Below, one piece after another: positions 22,813 to 36,894 of a stretch of DNA of 41,603 nt; the first letter of the stretch is position 1, and every line of letters begins with the position of its first letter. The DNA is from Proteromonas lacertae (lineage: Eukaryota): contig NGBS01001210.1 of NCBI GenBank assembly GCA_002245135.1, positions 1-41,603 of the forward strand. Reading direction: 5' to 3'. The position numbers and the translations under genes are program-made. The notes beneath the pieces are model-generated. The model saw only the letters and a program-made list of their open reading frames with translations. It did not search any database and had not been told where the DNA came from.

Positions 22813-24040
22813 TTTCATCTAATATTTCTTTTGGTAATGTTTCACTACAATCTAAATAAAAGAATTGAGTAATTGGTGTATATTTATTACTACAAGCCTT
22901 CAACACTTCTTGACCTACAACTCCACCTATAGCTGCACAGAATGGAGATATTTCACCTTTACTTTGTACAGCAAAACGAGTAATTAATTCTTCATTAATC
23001 TCAGAGGTATAATTTATCTTTGCTTTTATATCTTTACAATATTTTAATACTTCTTCAGCATCATGTTTATTACCATATTTTGGATATTGATTGTTATTAT
23101 TCTTTCTAAATTCATCCAAACCTTGAAAAGCAATATGCATAGTCATTGAATTACCGTGATCACTATTTATCATTTCACTTATATCACTTCTTAATAATAA
23201 TTCTGATAATGAGTGGAAATGAAGTGTTGTTGGTTGTTTTACTTGAATAAAATATCCTCTGTTAGTGTAAGGATGATAATTGGTAGTATCACCAATACTG
23301 AATGAGTAAGGAGTAATTATTTTGACTGGTTGAGCTTTCTGTTTGTTTAATTCAGTCATACCTTGGATATCATCGAATATGACAAAATCACCATCTTCCA
23401 GATTATGACGTTTTTCCTCTAATACTGTTACAATACCATTCTTATCGTTAGTGATGTTGGATATTAAACACATACTTGGCTCTTCACCATTTAAATCGTT
23501 AGATATCCAATTTTCACCAAAATCACAAAATACCTATAGGAAATATAATGCATAAATATTATAATTTTTATATACTCTTGAAAATACACCACAACATTCA
23601 CTCAATATAAAACAAATATTATGTTCATGACAGAATTTGCTTATTCTCAGTTTTAAATCAATACTTCCTTCGGTTATAACAATTACACGAAATTTTGACA
23701 AACAACTATCAGTTAATTCTTCATTACACACCGAAACATTCACATAAGGATTTAAATCATTTAATTTTGAATAGCATGCTTGTGCACGTGGTTTACCAAT
23801 ATCATTTTCGCTCAAATAGAAATTAGAAGAAAGATTTGAATATTCTACCGTTTCATTGTCATATATACTCACATTATGCACTCCAGCGAGTATAATATCC
23901 TTTGCTATTTCCACACCTACACCTTTCAAGCCAATCAATAATACACTACTTTCATTCATCTTTTTCATTGCTTCTTCACCTAGAACATAGATTTGACGAC
24001 TATATAACTCTTGGTCAATTGAATTGCTTTTAATTGGCAT
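20772..24040 (-). CDS. UBA1: Ubiquitin-activating enzyme E1
   Basis: IDQELYSRQIYVLG, GLKGVGVEIAK, DMDLIEKSNLSRQFLFR, ESGTLGTKGN, catalytic IPICTLKNFP, FEKDDDTNYH, IAGNIIPAISTTT, ends LPTVRLYID*; multiple short introns. Confidence 0.96.
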
Positions 24041-24622
24041 TTTCAGAAGAAAAGAACTTTCTACGATCAAGATCAGAACAAATCTCTCTTAGAAAGCTTG
24101 ATTTGTTAAATACGAGCAAGCTTTTATCAAACATTGTTGTTTCAAAATAAATTTTCTGCTTATATACAATTACTTGTTATTCAATAATACTATCATAACA
24201 TAAGTGTTAGTATATTGTACTGTTTTCAGCGATCTAGTGATTAATAGACTTATATGACGCTATATCCTCTATTATCATATGACAATAGATTTAACACTGA
24301 ATAATATTTATAATTAAGTCTAATAGAGGTTATACTATCAAGTTAATTATTTTAACAAATCTCATTATATGCTGTAGTATGGTGGTGTAATATTATATAT
24401 TTAACTCGGTATTACTTAACATAATTAAAATTTAATGTTACTGGTAGTGATATAATATACAATTGTGATAATTTGAAAACTACTTCAATCCAGCATAGTT
24501 ATTTAATAGAAATAAATTAATACCTTTGGCATGAATATCGTTACTAATTATGTATGAAGATAAACAAGTTTCGAATTAATGAAATTTCTCAAACATCTTT
24601 TTTTCTATTGGTTGTTATTTTT

Positions 24623-25644
24623 ATGAGAATCAATAATGTGCAAGTATCACCTAATCGAAATATATATGACAATCATCAAAATGAAACCGCTGCCCCTCTT
24701 GTATATTGATTTTCTACCTTAATAGAAAATTGCCTATGAAAAATATTTGAAAAATACAGCATTATTGAAAGGAGAGTTATTAATTAATTTATCAGACGAT
24801 AGTATAGAATTTGCCAAGGCTTTATTTTGTATAATTGAAAATTTATATTTACAGTATCATATTACGATGTTAATAACATTATTATATCTTTTCTTGAGAT
24901 GTGGACAAACAATTGTAAGTATTCATGGGTTAAAAAGAAATATCTATTACAAAAATTTAGTGATGAGAATTACGGCTTTGTCAACAAGTACTTCTCATCA
25001 AGTATTTGAATTGCTTTATATTGTTTTTAGTAAGAATATATTTAGATGAATACTTTCAGTTTGTGTGTATATTCCTTTATTTTGATATGTATGATTTAAT
25101 CCATCTATTAATGTCTATGATTGGTATGTTTAGTAACTTATATGTGTTTAAAGTATTCTATTTTTGTCATATACTTCTATAGGATCAAATAAATAGCTTC
25201 ACTAATACTTTTTCTTTTGATGATGATTTATTCTACAATTTAATGAAAGTAGAAGGTAATGAACCAATTGAGAATACTTTGCAGAATTCCATATCTGTAA
25301 AATCATTCATATCTTACTGTGAATCAGATATAATATTTAATTTACATGTTATTCGTTTCAGAGCAGAATTGATAAAAATGATATGTTCTCCCAGCGACTA
25401 TGAAAATGTAATAACAAAAATAGCTATACATTATAATGGTTTAATAGTCCCCAAAGAAAACTGTTTCAATAAAATGATTAGGATATTATTCACACACAGA
25501 CCTTCACCATATCATTACGATTTTAGCAAAATTAATCCTAAAGAAGATGACTTCTTCATATTAATCAATAAAACAAGAATTCGCTTTGGTTATTCCTCTA
25601 GAAAGAGACTATCTGCTATAGGTATATCTTTAGATAGTCTTTAA
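24623..25644 (+). CDS. Hypothetical protein, tandem paralog 1 (possibly degenerate EF-hand)
   Basis: Five exons reconstruct an open frame; same intron positions and clear similarity to 26443..27455 (ISVKSFISYC...LFTHRPSPYH...RFGYS). Confidence 0.65.
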
Positions 25645-26442
25645 TTGCTTAACATGCTTTGTAAGTAATAAATAATATTATACGTTTATCTACAAATTAC
25701 TGTTTGGAAACATCGGGTATTTATTATTATTATTATTGGGGGTAATTTGTTACTTACTCATAATTGCGTAGCTACTTTTATAAATTAATATAATCACTTC
25801 TATTTAACCATAACCTTTATATCTTACACAAAAACTTTGTACCATTTTCTTACACCAATATTATATCCATACTCTTCATATTCTCATTTATTCTAATTTT
25901 TAAATTTTTACTTTTCAAGCTTTTTTTCAAGCAGGTTTTATTTCAAAATAGATTTATGTATGAAATGCTATCATTTGTATATTAGTATTACACTCCAGAC
26001 ATACAATATGCACAAGTGGTATTGTATAAAATATAGTAAAATATGATAAATTACCTTAAGAATTAATGGTTTTTATACAGCAATAATTCCAGCGCAACTA
26101 TATTCTATTAACAGCTAAAATTATGACAAAGAGTGAAATAGCGAATTAGTCACATTACAAATATCTTCTTAGATGTGAAGATGTATAACTTAATATTGAT
26201 ATATATCACTCTATTACACTTAATATCATTTATAATTACTATCAATGGTATGACGTTAATATATAAGTGTAATTATAGAAAAAATTACTTTACTGTCATA
26301 CATTTATTTAGTAAAAATGAATCATTATCATTAGGATGAATATCATTGTTTATTTTATCTGAAAATGAAGACATGAATTAGTGTTCAAGATCTTCAAAAT
26401 CATCTAAATTCTTATTGGTTCATTTTTTAAATTAGTATTTAA

Positions 26443-27455
26443 ATGAGTATAAAGAGCATTCAAGAATGGCCTTCACCTGGTAGTGTTATTGATCAACATA
26501 ATGAATTACTTGCCTCCTTTGTATTTTCTTTTAATCTATGAATTAGAAAAATGCCTATAGAAAATATTTGAAGGATTCTTCTTCATTGAGGAGAAAGCTA
26601 TTGCTTAAATTATCAAAAAACTGTATAGAGTTTGCCAACGCCTTATTTAGTATAATTCATTCTATTACTTATAGTGTCATTTTATGACGTTAATACTATA
26701 ATTATATCATTTCTTCAGCTTTGGATATGCAACTGTGAAGTTTTCTGGGTTGAAAAACATCAGTTGCTACTTAGGTTTAGTATAGAATATGGTGGATTCA
26801 TTAATGAGTTCTTTTCTTCATGTATATAAACAATTCTATATTGTTTTTAGCAAGAATATACTTGGATGATTACTTTCAGTTTGTTTGTATATTCCTCTAC
26901 TTTAAAACTAATCATTTAATCCATTTATTAATGTCAATGAGTGGAATACTAAGCAATTTGTTTGTTTTTAAAGTATAATATTTCTCTTTATTAATTTAGA
27001 ATCAACTTAATAACTTCATTAATGTTTTTTCGCTTGATGAAGATTTAATTTACGAATTGGAGTTTTTAATAAATAAAAATCAAATTTTAAGCGTTTCTAA
27101 AGAGTCAATTTCAGTTAAGACATTTGTATCTTTCTGTAAATCTAATTTATTGTTCAATTCACATATATTTGGCTTTAGATCAGAATTAATAAGAATGGTA
27201 TGTTCTATCAAAGACTATTCAAATATAAAGAAAAGAATGGCTATACATTACAATAATCAACAATCACCAAATGAGAAATGTTGCAATAAAATGATAAGAC
27301 TATTGTTTACACACAAACCATCACCATACCACCATGATTTTCATAGTTTTAAACCAAAAGAAGATGATTTATTTCAACTTATTAACAAAATAAGAACTCG
27401 GTTTGGTTATTCTAAAAGAATAGTTAGATCTCCAATGTCTTTATACAGCATATAA
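26443..27455 (+). CDS. Hypothetical protein, tandem paralog 2
   Basis: Spliced frame MSIKSIQ...KNAYRKYLKD...FLQLWICNCE...ISVKTFVSFC...RFGYSKRIVRSPMSLYSI*; collinear with paralog 1. Confidence 0.65.
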
Positions 27456-27995
27456 ATGTGTGTTGTGTATTATTTAAATTACATTATGAGTTTATTTACT
27501 ATCCTTATATTCATTAAATAGAGTTGTATGTTTGTATGTTGTTTCTGATGAGTTTTAAATCTATATAAATACAACAGTATTATATTACCTTTCTTTCTGT
27601 CTTTCAAAATCACTATAATTGATCAATCTGTATTACTTTCTTCTAATAGTTTATATTTTCTCTCTATTTTTGATTATTATCATCAAGCTTTATCAAGTCT
27701 ATTCAATTCAAAATAAAATATCTTCTTACATACTATCTTTTCTTTGTGAATAAAGTAATCAAGATATGAAATGCACCTGATATGTATCAGTTGCTATATT
27801 TAAATCTAAGAAGTATTAATTTTTATATTTCTATCACTCATGAGTGTTTATTGCTATGTTTATTCAGAATAGCTTGTAGGAATATATAAAGATGTACTTT
27901 GATTGAAAAAAAAACTAATACATATACAACTATAAATAAGTCTAAATATAGTATCAGAAATGTTCTAATCAATATTTTTTGGATTAATATTCTAG

Positions 27996-28133
27996 AAAAT
28001 GTCATATAAAAGATATCTAAAAGATATTTCCTCAATGAAGAGGAGATTATTGCTTATATATATCTGTGCTTTGAATATACAACTGTGAAGATTTTTGGTT
28101 TAAAAACATCAGTTACTTCTTAAGTTTAGTATA
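27996..28133 (+). pseudogene. Third, deleted and truncated paralog of the 24623/26443 family
   Basis: KMSYKRYLKDISSMKRRLLL matches KNAYRKYLKDSSSLRRKLLL; 28070..28133 is close at DNA level to 26719..26784, with TGG>TGA and an internal deletion. Confidence 0.7.
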
Positions 28134-28155
28134 TTTCTAAATAATAATTAAAATA

Positions 28156-29210
28156 TCAAAAAAAACTAATATTTTTACAATTATTTACTTTTCTAAACCT
28201 ATTTAAGTGATCAAATAATGCACCTCCTGTCCAAAAAGAATATTGTTTAGCTTTACAAGTTTTATAATGTTGATAATATCCCATGTAAAGAATCATTAAT
28301 GAATATGAAGAATAACCACTTATCGTAAGAATGTCAGAATTGCTAGTCAAAATTATATCCATTATTATTTTTTCAATATCCTTTTGAGATATATTCGCTG
28401 AAAAAGCAGTGTGCTTAATATCATAATCCATGTTATAAGAATATACATTTTTATTAATGTTGTGAAAGACATTGGTGAAATTCTTATAGAATGAACTAAG
28501 CATTATAACACAACTTCCATTGCAATATTTATTTGATGTATTATTCAACTTATTTATCTGTGCGATGTTTACACTGCATGATTTAAGACAATTATCATTT
28601 AATCTAACATGAATTCCAATTTTTTTAACATTTGAATAATCTTTTAAGACACTTTTACCAATTCTATAATATCTTTCATGGAATCGGAAATATTTATTAT
28701 ATAATACATAATTAACCTCAATAATCTGACTTATAATATCTGTTCTTCTAGAACATTTTATAAATTTCAATTTTCTTAAAGATGAATAATACTTTTTACT
28801 CTTTATAATTACAGGAATTATATCATGTATGCTGCTAATGGCAATTGAATATACTTTAGATTTTACAATTCTATTTATCATATCAACAGGATCTAGACAA
28901 TAACTATAAAACGTAAAAGAAAGAGAAATATTTATTCTTCCTATGTTTTTTATTGGATGAGGATATACTAAACTAAAATTAAAATAATCATTTAGCTGGT
29001 TTCCCATTACTAACAAAATGTACAGAAAAGCATACTAAGATATTTTCTCTTGCTCAGAAGAGATAATAAATAGGTGCCAGTAAGTCCTGCTATTCTATTG
29101 CCTAATCCACCATAAGCTATTACTCCAATCATAATTCCTTTTCGAGTTTTATGATTCTTAGATATGTAGTATAATGAGAAAATGAAGATGAAAGTAAATA
29201 TATATATCAT
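28156..29210 (-). CDS. Fucosyltransferase-like glycosyltransferase (right copy, intact)
   Basis: TM anchor, AYGGLGNRIAG, GIHVRLND and SGYSSYS motifs; one 26-nt intron. Confidence 0.75.
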
Positions 29211-29548
29211 TAAGAAAATAACTAAAAATTATATCTTCAAAGCAAATAAATTCAAAAATAGTTATAAAAATATATTCGTTATTTTATACTATAAATTGAT
29301 TTTTATTAGAGAATACTGACTATTTAAAGGTTTTAATAACAAATACATATATAGCTAAGCAATGTTCATATATTAATTTAAACTAATTCTTAATAATTAA
29401 GTAAAGATAAGATAAGAGGAAAATAAGTTAGCTGCATATTAAATCATCCTTAATTTACACTTTTTAGATTGTAAGAAAATAAATGTTTTTATATTGAGAA
29501 AAAAGAAAAGATAATTTAAACAATTAAGTCATATAATAGTATTTAGAA

Positions 29549-29944
29549 TTAGTTTGTATTAAAATATCGATGTTTTAAGATTTCTTCACAAGAAGGTCTT
29601 TTATTTGGATTGTATTGTAGAATTTGTTCTAATAACTCAATTCCATCTCTATATTCAACAATATCATAATATAATATATACTCAGGAACTAAATCGAAGA
29701 AGATTGAGTGAAAATTGATTCGACTGATGGATTTATTACTGTAAACTATAAAACATATTAATTAAATATATAAATACTTTCATAAGAATCAGGTAAAACT
29801 TTCATCTCAATTAAATCTTCTTTTGAAGGTAATATATGTTATTTATATATACAATCAGCAATTGATAATAACTGTTCTCCATCAGTATTAAAAGCAATGA
29901 ATAAAGGTTGATGTAAATACATTTCAGCCATTACTATTTATAAC

Positions 29945-29975
<31 letters not shown>

Positions 29976-30683
29976 CTACAACCACATGACCAAATATCTA
30001 TCTTACTTGAATAATTACAACTTCCTAATAATAACTCTGGAGAACGATAAAAACGAGATGTAACTAAGGGAGTAGATTTCTCATTTTCTTTCATTATTTT
30101 GGAACTTCCAAAATCACAGATCTTTAAAATCTTTCGATTTATATCGATTAATAAGTTCGATGGTTTTAAATCACGATGGACAATATTCAAAGAATGAATA
30201 AATGATAAACCAATGAATAATTGTCTTAAATAATCACGAATTTCTTGATCATTGATTAATTCTCTGATGTAATGACTTAAACTAATACCAAATTTCTCTA
30301 ATACCAAGTTGTTGTAATAGATCTTCTCACTTCTTTTTGAATCATACTCATAACTGTAGAAATTATCTATTTTTAGCATAGCTCACATATTGAAGTACCT
30401 TTTAATAACGGAATGTAATTACTACCACCTTTGTATTCCAACAATTTGTTTATATAAACTTCACGACTCTTATTACCATCTATTTCATATCAATATATAA
30501 TCTACATATCGCTTCCTTGGTGGTTCTTATTCGTTTCAAAGCATATTTTACCTTTTCTAAACAAATCAAACAAAGAATGCTTACTCTCTCTTTCTTCAAC
30601 CAAAAATACATTTCCAACTATTCATTCATTAATAAAATTATACAAGTTCCACTCCCAAGTCTCTCTTTGATGATATATTTCAT
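29549..30683 (-). CDS. GSK3-like CMGC kinase (right copy; lacks a splice acceptor near 29830)
   Basis: Mirror of 7949..9102, but about 17 nt including the acceptor (gaaaatagtgattggaagt) are missing. Confidence 0.75.
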
Positions 30684-30723
30684 TTTGGCGGGCTTTGAAT
30701 TTAAAAAAAGGCGGGATAGAAAA

Positions 30724-32299
30724 ATGAATCACTTTTTGTTATTTAGCGATAGTAGAAGCATATTGGAGTTTTCTAACTGTTTAAAAATCGAAATTAGAAA
30801 TGACTATCATCCACATTCTTGTTATGCCGTTGTTAAACAGTTTAGTAGATGAGAAAGTTCTTAGTGTGATCGAATCTGAAAGGAAGTTTGATAGTTTTGA
30901 TTCAAGATGGATCAAAAAATGAGTGAAATAAAAACAATTATAAAACGAAAATGCAAATATTTGAGTGTTGAGTGTGAAATTGTTGAGACAGAAATGCCAG
31001 TCGATGATAATATGTTGTGTTGCAGTATAAAAAGTTATTTGGAAAGACGTTTATTTACCAGATTTGAGTATTTGAAAATAGGTTTGTTTAATGTTATTTA
31101 ATGTTATTTACAGGTGATAAGATATGTTACAAAGAGAATAATAATGAGAATATTAGTAGTGTATTTGGTAAGTTCAATTGTATTTCCTTTTCTTTACAAA
31201 TTCGACATAAATGTGAGAATAAGAATGTGTCTTTTATATTTATAGTTGAATCAAGTATAATAATATATGATTTATAATGATATAATGTAATAGATGTATA
31301 TCATTATAAAGAATTATTGATAAATGGAAATATTATAAATAGCACAGTTACTTATGCTCCAACATTAGATTTTGTTGATATAAAGAAGATATCAATAGAT
31401 AAAAGTAATGATTCACCATTATCATTATTACCTAAAACACTAACCAATAAGAAAAGAGGATTTGAGAAATATATACCCAATAATATGAAAGAATATATAG
31501 AATTCTATAATCTCTATGTATTTTATTTATTTGTTTATTATTTGAATAGTATATGTATGGAATTAATGAAGATTCATTTAAAGGTTATGCATTAATTAAT
31601 CAATATTCAATCAGTGAAGTATGTGTATTGAATTGTTTATATTCTTATATCACTTCATCATATGTTGATACACAGTTGAATCAGATAAAAATAATTCGAA
31701 AGTTTTGTGTTGATGTAGAAGAAATCTTGAGAGAATTAAAATACGATCCAACTGAAATAAAACCATTTCAAAATAAATATCAAATCAGTAAAGCATCTTT
31801 ATCATATAATGGTTCAATATCTCCAATCAGTTGGTGTAGAATGGAGAATAAAGAAAAGAAAAGAAAGAATGATATTCATATAAGTATATCATCATCATCA
31901 TCAACAACAACAGATGAAGTTAAAAAACCATTAATAAAAATGAAGAAAATCTCAACAATAGAAAAAGACAAAAAGAATAAAGATGAAGATGATAATAAAA
32001 TATTGAATATAAAACTGATCAAACCCAAGAAACAGATCAAACCATCAAAAACCACAATAAAACCAGCAAAAAGTAAATCGAAAAGTGTAAAATGTAAATT
32101 AGTAATAAAGAGAAATGAAAAGAAGATAAAGAGTGTGAAGTTTTCAAATGATAATAAAACTTGTTATTTTAATGAAAATGATCCATCGATTAAAATATCA
32201 ATAGATTCTGTAAAAGAAAAAGAAGAGATTGATGAAGATTTCTTAAAAGATTTTGATTTGAGTGATGATGATGATGATGATGAGATATTAAAATACTAA
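30724..32299 (+). CDS. Multi-exon hypothetical protein (right copy; three 1-nt insertions around 30830-30910)
   Basis: Mirror of 6332..7908; first exon split into ORFs 30517..30852 and 30907..31101. Confidence 0.5.
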
Positions 32300-32409
32300 A
32301 TAAACATTATTATTGAATATCTGTGTTTGAATGAATGAAAAATGAAAAAAAACAAAAATGGCTTGTATTTGGCTTGATTCTCTTTTTTTATTTTGCGATT
32401 TTTGATTGA

Positions 32410-33835
32410 ATGAGTTATGTATATTTTTATGCACCACCATTAATGTGTAATATTACTCAAAATAAAGCTAATAATGAGAATGATAAAAACAAAACAAAAA
32501 AGAATAACAAACTACATCTTCCTTTAAGTGATGATGGTTTATATGATGAAAAAATCTTAAATGAAAGATGTGATTGTAAAATAATAGTTTATAATGATAG
32601 TTGTGATAATAGTTCAACTCCAACAGTTTTCCAAGCCATATCTGGATTATTGAGTAGTGGTTCAAGTTACTTCAAACATATGTTATACAGTGATGATTTT
32701 AGTGAAAGAGAAAAGAAAGAGATAGTAATAGAAAATATAAATGAAAAGATAGTTTTAATAATATTGAAATATTTACATCTTGGCAAAGTATATATATATA
32801 TATGAATCAACTAATGGATATACTAATAGATAGAATTAACAGATGAGAATATCTATGAAATATTTACAATAAGTGATTATTTTGATATAAAATCATTATA
32901 CAGAATATGTTTAGAGTATTATCTATTTATTAATATTATTTAGATTCTATTCAAATCATTTCACAATTCAGAATATTTCTTGTTTTTCAATGGTTTTAAA
33001 TATTCTTGATCCTAATGATTTTGTGATATATAAAGCCAAATTTATGAATTGGATAGATGAAAATAAAGATATTCTGTTATTAAAGAATAATAGTAAATAT
33101 TTGAGTTTTGAAATTCTTTTCAATATAATATTAAATAATGAGACAGTAAGTGTTTGTAATGAAGAATTATTAACAGAATGTGTAATAAATTGGTATAAAT
33201 GTCAAAAAGAAGATAAATTGGGAGAATTAAAAGAGTTATTAAAAATGATAAAGTGGAATGAAGTGAATAAAGAAATATGTATTATTAAATTATGATGTTA
33301 TTATTATATTTCAATAGATTTAAAATATTTCAATAGAAATAAGATATTAGAAAAAGATGAATTAGAAAAGATAATAAAAGAAAGTAAATGTAAAAATCGA
33401 AAATACACAAATCAATGTTTATCAAAAAATGATGAATATAATGATATAAGTTGTTCAAAAATGAATGAAGTAGAAGAAATGATATTGAGATTTCCATTGA
33501 AAGAAGAGATATATGAGATATTGTTAGAAAGATTGTATTTATATAAGAGATTGAAAAAGATAAAGATAATAGGAGAAATATCAATAAAAGAATGGAAATT
33601 ATTATGTGAAAGAATAAGTGAAAATCATCTGAGTTTGATAGAATTAATAGAATGTGAGAATATAGAAATGAATGATGAGTATTTGGAAAGTATATTAGAG
33701 ATAAAGAGAAAGGAGAAAGAAGAAGAGAAAGAAGTAAATTTGTTGAAAATATTGAAATGTGTTAGTAATAACAAGTTCTCAACATCGAAATTATCAGAGA
33801 TGAAAGAATATAAGTTAATTATCCAATATATATAA
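32410..33835 (+). CDS. BTB/POZ-BACK domain protein (right copy)
   Basis: Same BTB and BACK motifs as 4796..6221. Confidence 0.8.
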
Positions 33836-33961
33836 TCTAAATAATATGAGGATGTTTTGTTTAAGAGAAAAAAAGAAAAAGAAAATAATGAAACGAATAT
33901 ATTTTCATAAATAAATCAAGCCAAACTCACTCTATTTTCAAAATTTGATTTTTCTCATTGT

Positions 33962-34532
33962 ATGGATTATGCTGATCAAGAATGTATGTTAGATTTGTTT
34001 ACTGATCTACTATCGTATGATAATATAAAAGAAAATAACCCAGAAAAGGTGTTGAAAGATCTATGTGAAGTATAAATAATATTCTAGAAAATAGGAAAGT
34101 CAAAAAATACTTGAATCATCGTTTAAAAGAGGTTATGAAAATATCTGTAATGAATTTCTTAGTTTATATGAACAATACAAAATAACTCATCAACAGCTTA
34201 TGAAGAATAATAGAATATCTGAGATAGAAATAGAAAGTGAAGGTACAAAGTTATATCCCTTTTATTGTCATTTTTATCATTTATTCCCTTTGAAAGTAGA
34301 AAATGAAGTAAAACCCTTTAATTTTGAAGGATTGAATAATTGGTATAATGAAAGAAAGAAATGGGTTAAAACAACAACTTTAAATCCCAAAGTAATAAAT
34401 ATAGATCGAAATATAATGTTAAATAATTTAATGCAATATGAAGATGTAAAACTTCGTGTAGCTATTCCTTTACAACAACTGATCGATATTTTGAATGAAA
34501 AATGGGAAATAGAAGATTTAGAAGAGTTATAA
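33962..34532 (+). CDS. Hypothetical protein (two exons, right copy)
   Basis: ATG 33962, short intron near 34070-34094, continues into ORF 34200..34532. Confidence 0.55.
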
Positions 34533-34659
34533 ATGTATATGTATATATGTATTTAATAATGTTATTTGTATTACTTTGCTGTTTCACTCATAAAAGAAGA
34601 ATATTTGATTTAATTTTGACATGATTTGAGCAAAGTTTGATCAAAATAGAAAAAAAGAA

Positions 34660-35681
34660 ATGAATTTTTTGAAAGAATTAGAAGAAAATAAAAATAATTG
34701 TGTAATAGAAATAGGTAGTTATAGTATAAGATGTAATATCAGTGGTAAATCAACTCCATTTATTCTTGAAAGTCCAGTATTTTTCAAAATATTTACTTTG
34801 ATAGATAAAGAAGTATTTGAAATGTGATAATAATCCATTGCTAAAAGAAGAATGGAATAATATCCTGTTACCTGTAATAAACCATATATTTTATCGGTAT
34901 TTTGTTAGTTTATTATTATTGATTGAATAGAGTATTGATGATTCGTCCAAGAGAATACAATGTATTTATTATACACAGTTACATGTTTCCAAATAATCTA
35001 CTATCTTCAATAAAAGAGCTTTGTGAAGATTATATAAAAGTAGGTCATTTAATCTTAAATCCCAATTTCAGTTATTTGAGTGGTTTATATGGTGATGAAA
35101 CTTATATGATAATAGATTTTGGTTATTATTCAATCAATATAATCGGAATAATAAATGGAATTCCAAATTATTCAAATATAGTTTATTTTAACCTGTTAAA
35201 TGTGGAGAAATTATCTTCAAAATTAATAAAAAGTTTAAATATAAGTGATGAAGAAAGTGGAATTGATTTATGGTTGAATAGTAATTGTGTAAAATGTGAA
35301 AATGATATTCCTGATTATGAATGTATAGAATTATCATTTGAGAAAAGAATAAATGGTGAATTAAGAAGTAGTGGTTGGGAAGATATATTTAAATTAAATG
35401 ATGAAGGAGAATGTTTAATAACAAAAATAATAGAATTTATAGAGAATAGTCCAATAGATAGTCGAAAAGAATTAATTAGTCACATTATGATATTAGGTGG
35501 TTTAAGTGAAACAAGTGGTTTATGTAAAAGAATAAAAATGGAATTAGATAGAAATGTTGAGATGAATCGATTAAATAAACTGAAAGAATATGTTGGTTTT
35601 AAAGATTGTGAATATCCTCCTTGTTTAGTGTATTGGATGAGCTGTTCTTTATTAACTAGTTTATTATCCGTAAACAGATAA
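34660..35681 (+). CDS. Actin-related protein, Arp10-like (right copy)
   Basis: ATG 34660, VIEIGSYS motif, introns, then ORF 34923..35681 with actin-fold motifs. Confidence 0.75.
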
Positions 35682-35784
35682 AATTAAAATATTAGTAGTT
35701 GTTATTTGTGAGTTTAATAAAGAAAAAAATGAGAATAAAAAATATATCCGTTATCTTCGTGGTTTAATAGTGAAGAAAATATGA

Positions 35785-36825
35785 ATGATTGAAGTTGTTT
35801 TACTTATTATTTTAGTTTCAACATTCTTATATGGATTGAATTTAGTTGATATTGATATTTCAAAATCACTTTCGCTTGATGATAAAGAAAATGTGCTAAA
35901 AACTGATAAAAATCAACCAAAAAGATTTATTAGATATGTTCCATCTAATTTAGAAAGAAAATGGTATTCAATAATAAAATCACATCAGATTAATTCAGTT
36001 GAAGAATATTCTGTTTTATTTGACAAATATGAAGATAAAATATCATCTTTGCTTTCTTCAATTAGAAAATGTTTATCAAATAGAGGATATTCTTGTTATA
36101 ATGATGATTTTTCTTATTTTATATTTGATATTAATGGAATGATTGAGAAAGAATATATTGAACCAATATTTGGTGTTTTTTCAATTCATTATCAACTTTA
36201 TCAAGATTATGTTTATGAAGATATATTCAATCAACACTTTATTATTCCTTCTCATAGAAACTCAAGAGAGAATCCAATAGTATATATTGATACAGATGCT
36301 TCATTATTTCACCATTTTAACAAACAAAAACAACAATTTGAAGGAGTTAATCAGAGGTTTATTTACAATATTTATCATGATAAAATGAGAAGTTATTTCA
36401 AACAATGGTTTTTATTTGATGAAAATATTCACAACAATACAAACATTTATAATCATTTACCAAATTCTCTCATTCCTATTTATCATTATTTCAATATCAA
36501 ACCAGATTTATCATCATCATCTCTTCTAAATCCACTCAATCTGTTGAAGAAATATAATGATGATGATAATTATTTAATTCTAAAGATGAATATTTCACAA
36601 GGAATAGATAAACATTTGTTTCATAGAATCAAACATGATAAAGGATTAAAAATGAATGAACTATTCTTAACTTACACTCCTTCAACTCAAATTGATAATT
36701 TAAATGTATTTACATTTTATTCATTTTATTAATAGTTTTCTCAAAATTCTCAACAAATGTTAGATTTAATGAGAGATTTGATTTATTTAAGACAAAAAGG
36801 AATAAGAACTCACATCTCTTTATAA
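35785..36825 (+). CDS. Secreted/membrane-anchored FkbM-methyltransferase-like protein (intact copy)
   Basis: Hydrophobic N-terminus; VYIDTDAS, YLILKMNI and NELF motifs; a 30-nt intron (36706..36735) adds ...YLRQKGIRTHISL*. Family call tentative. Confidence 0.55.
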
Positions 36826-36894
36826 TTTATTTTTATATTCTACATTTGGTGATTAAACAATAAACAACAAATATAGATAAACACAAATTTTAGT

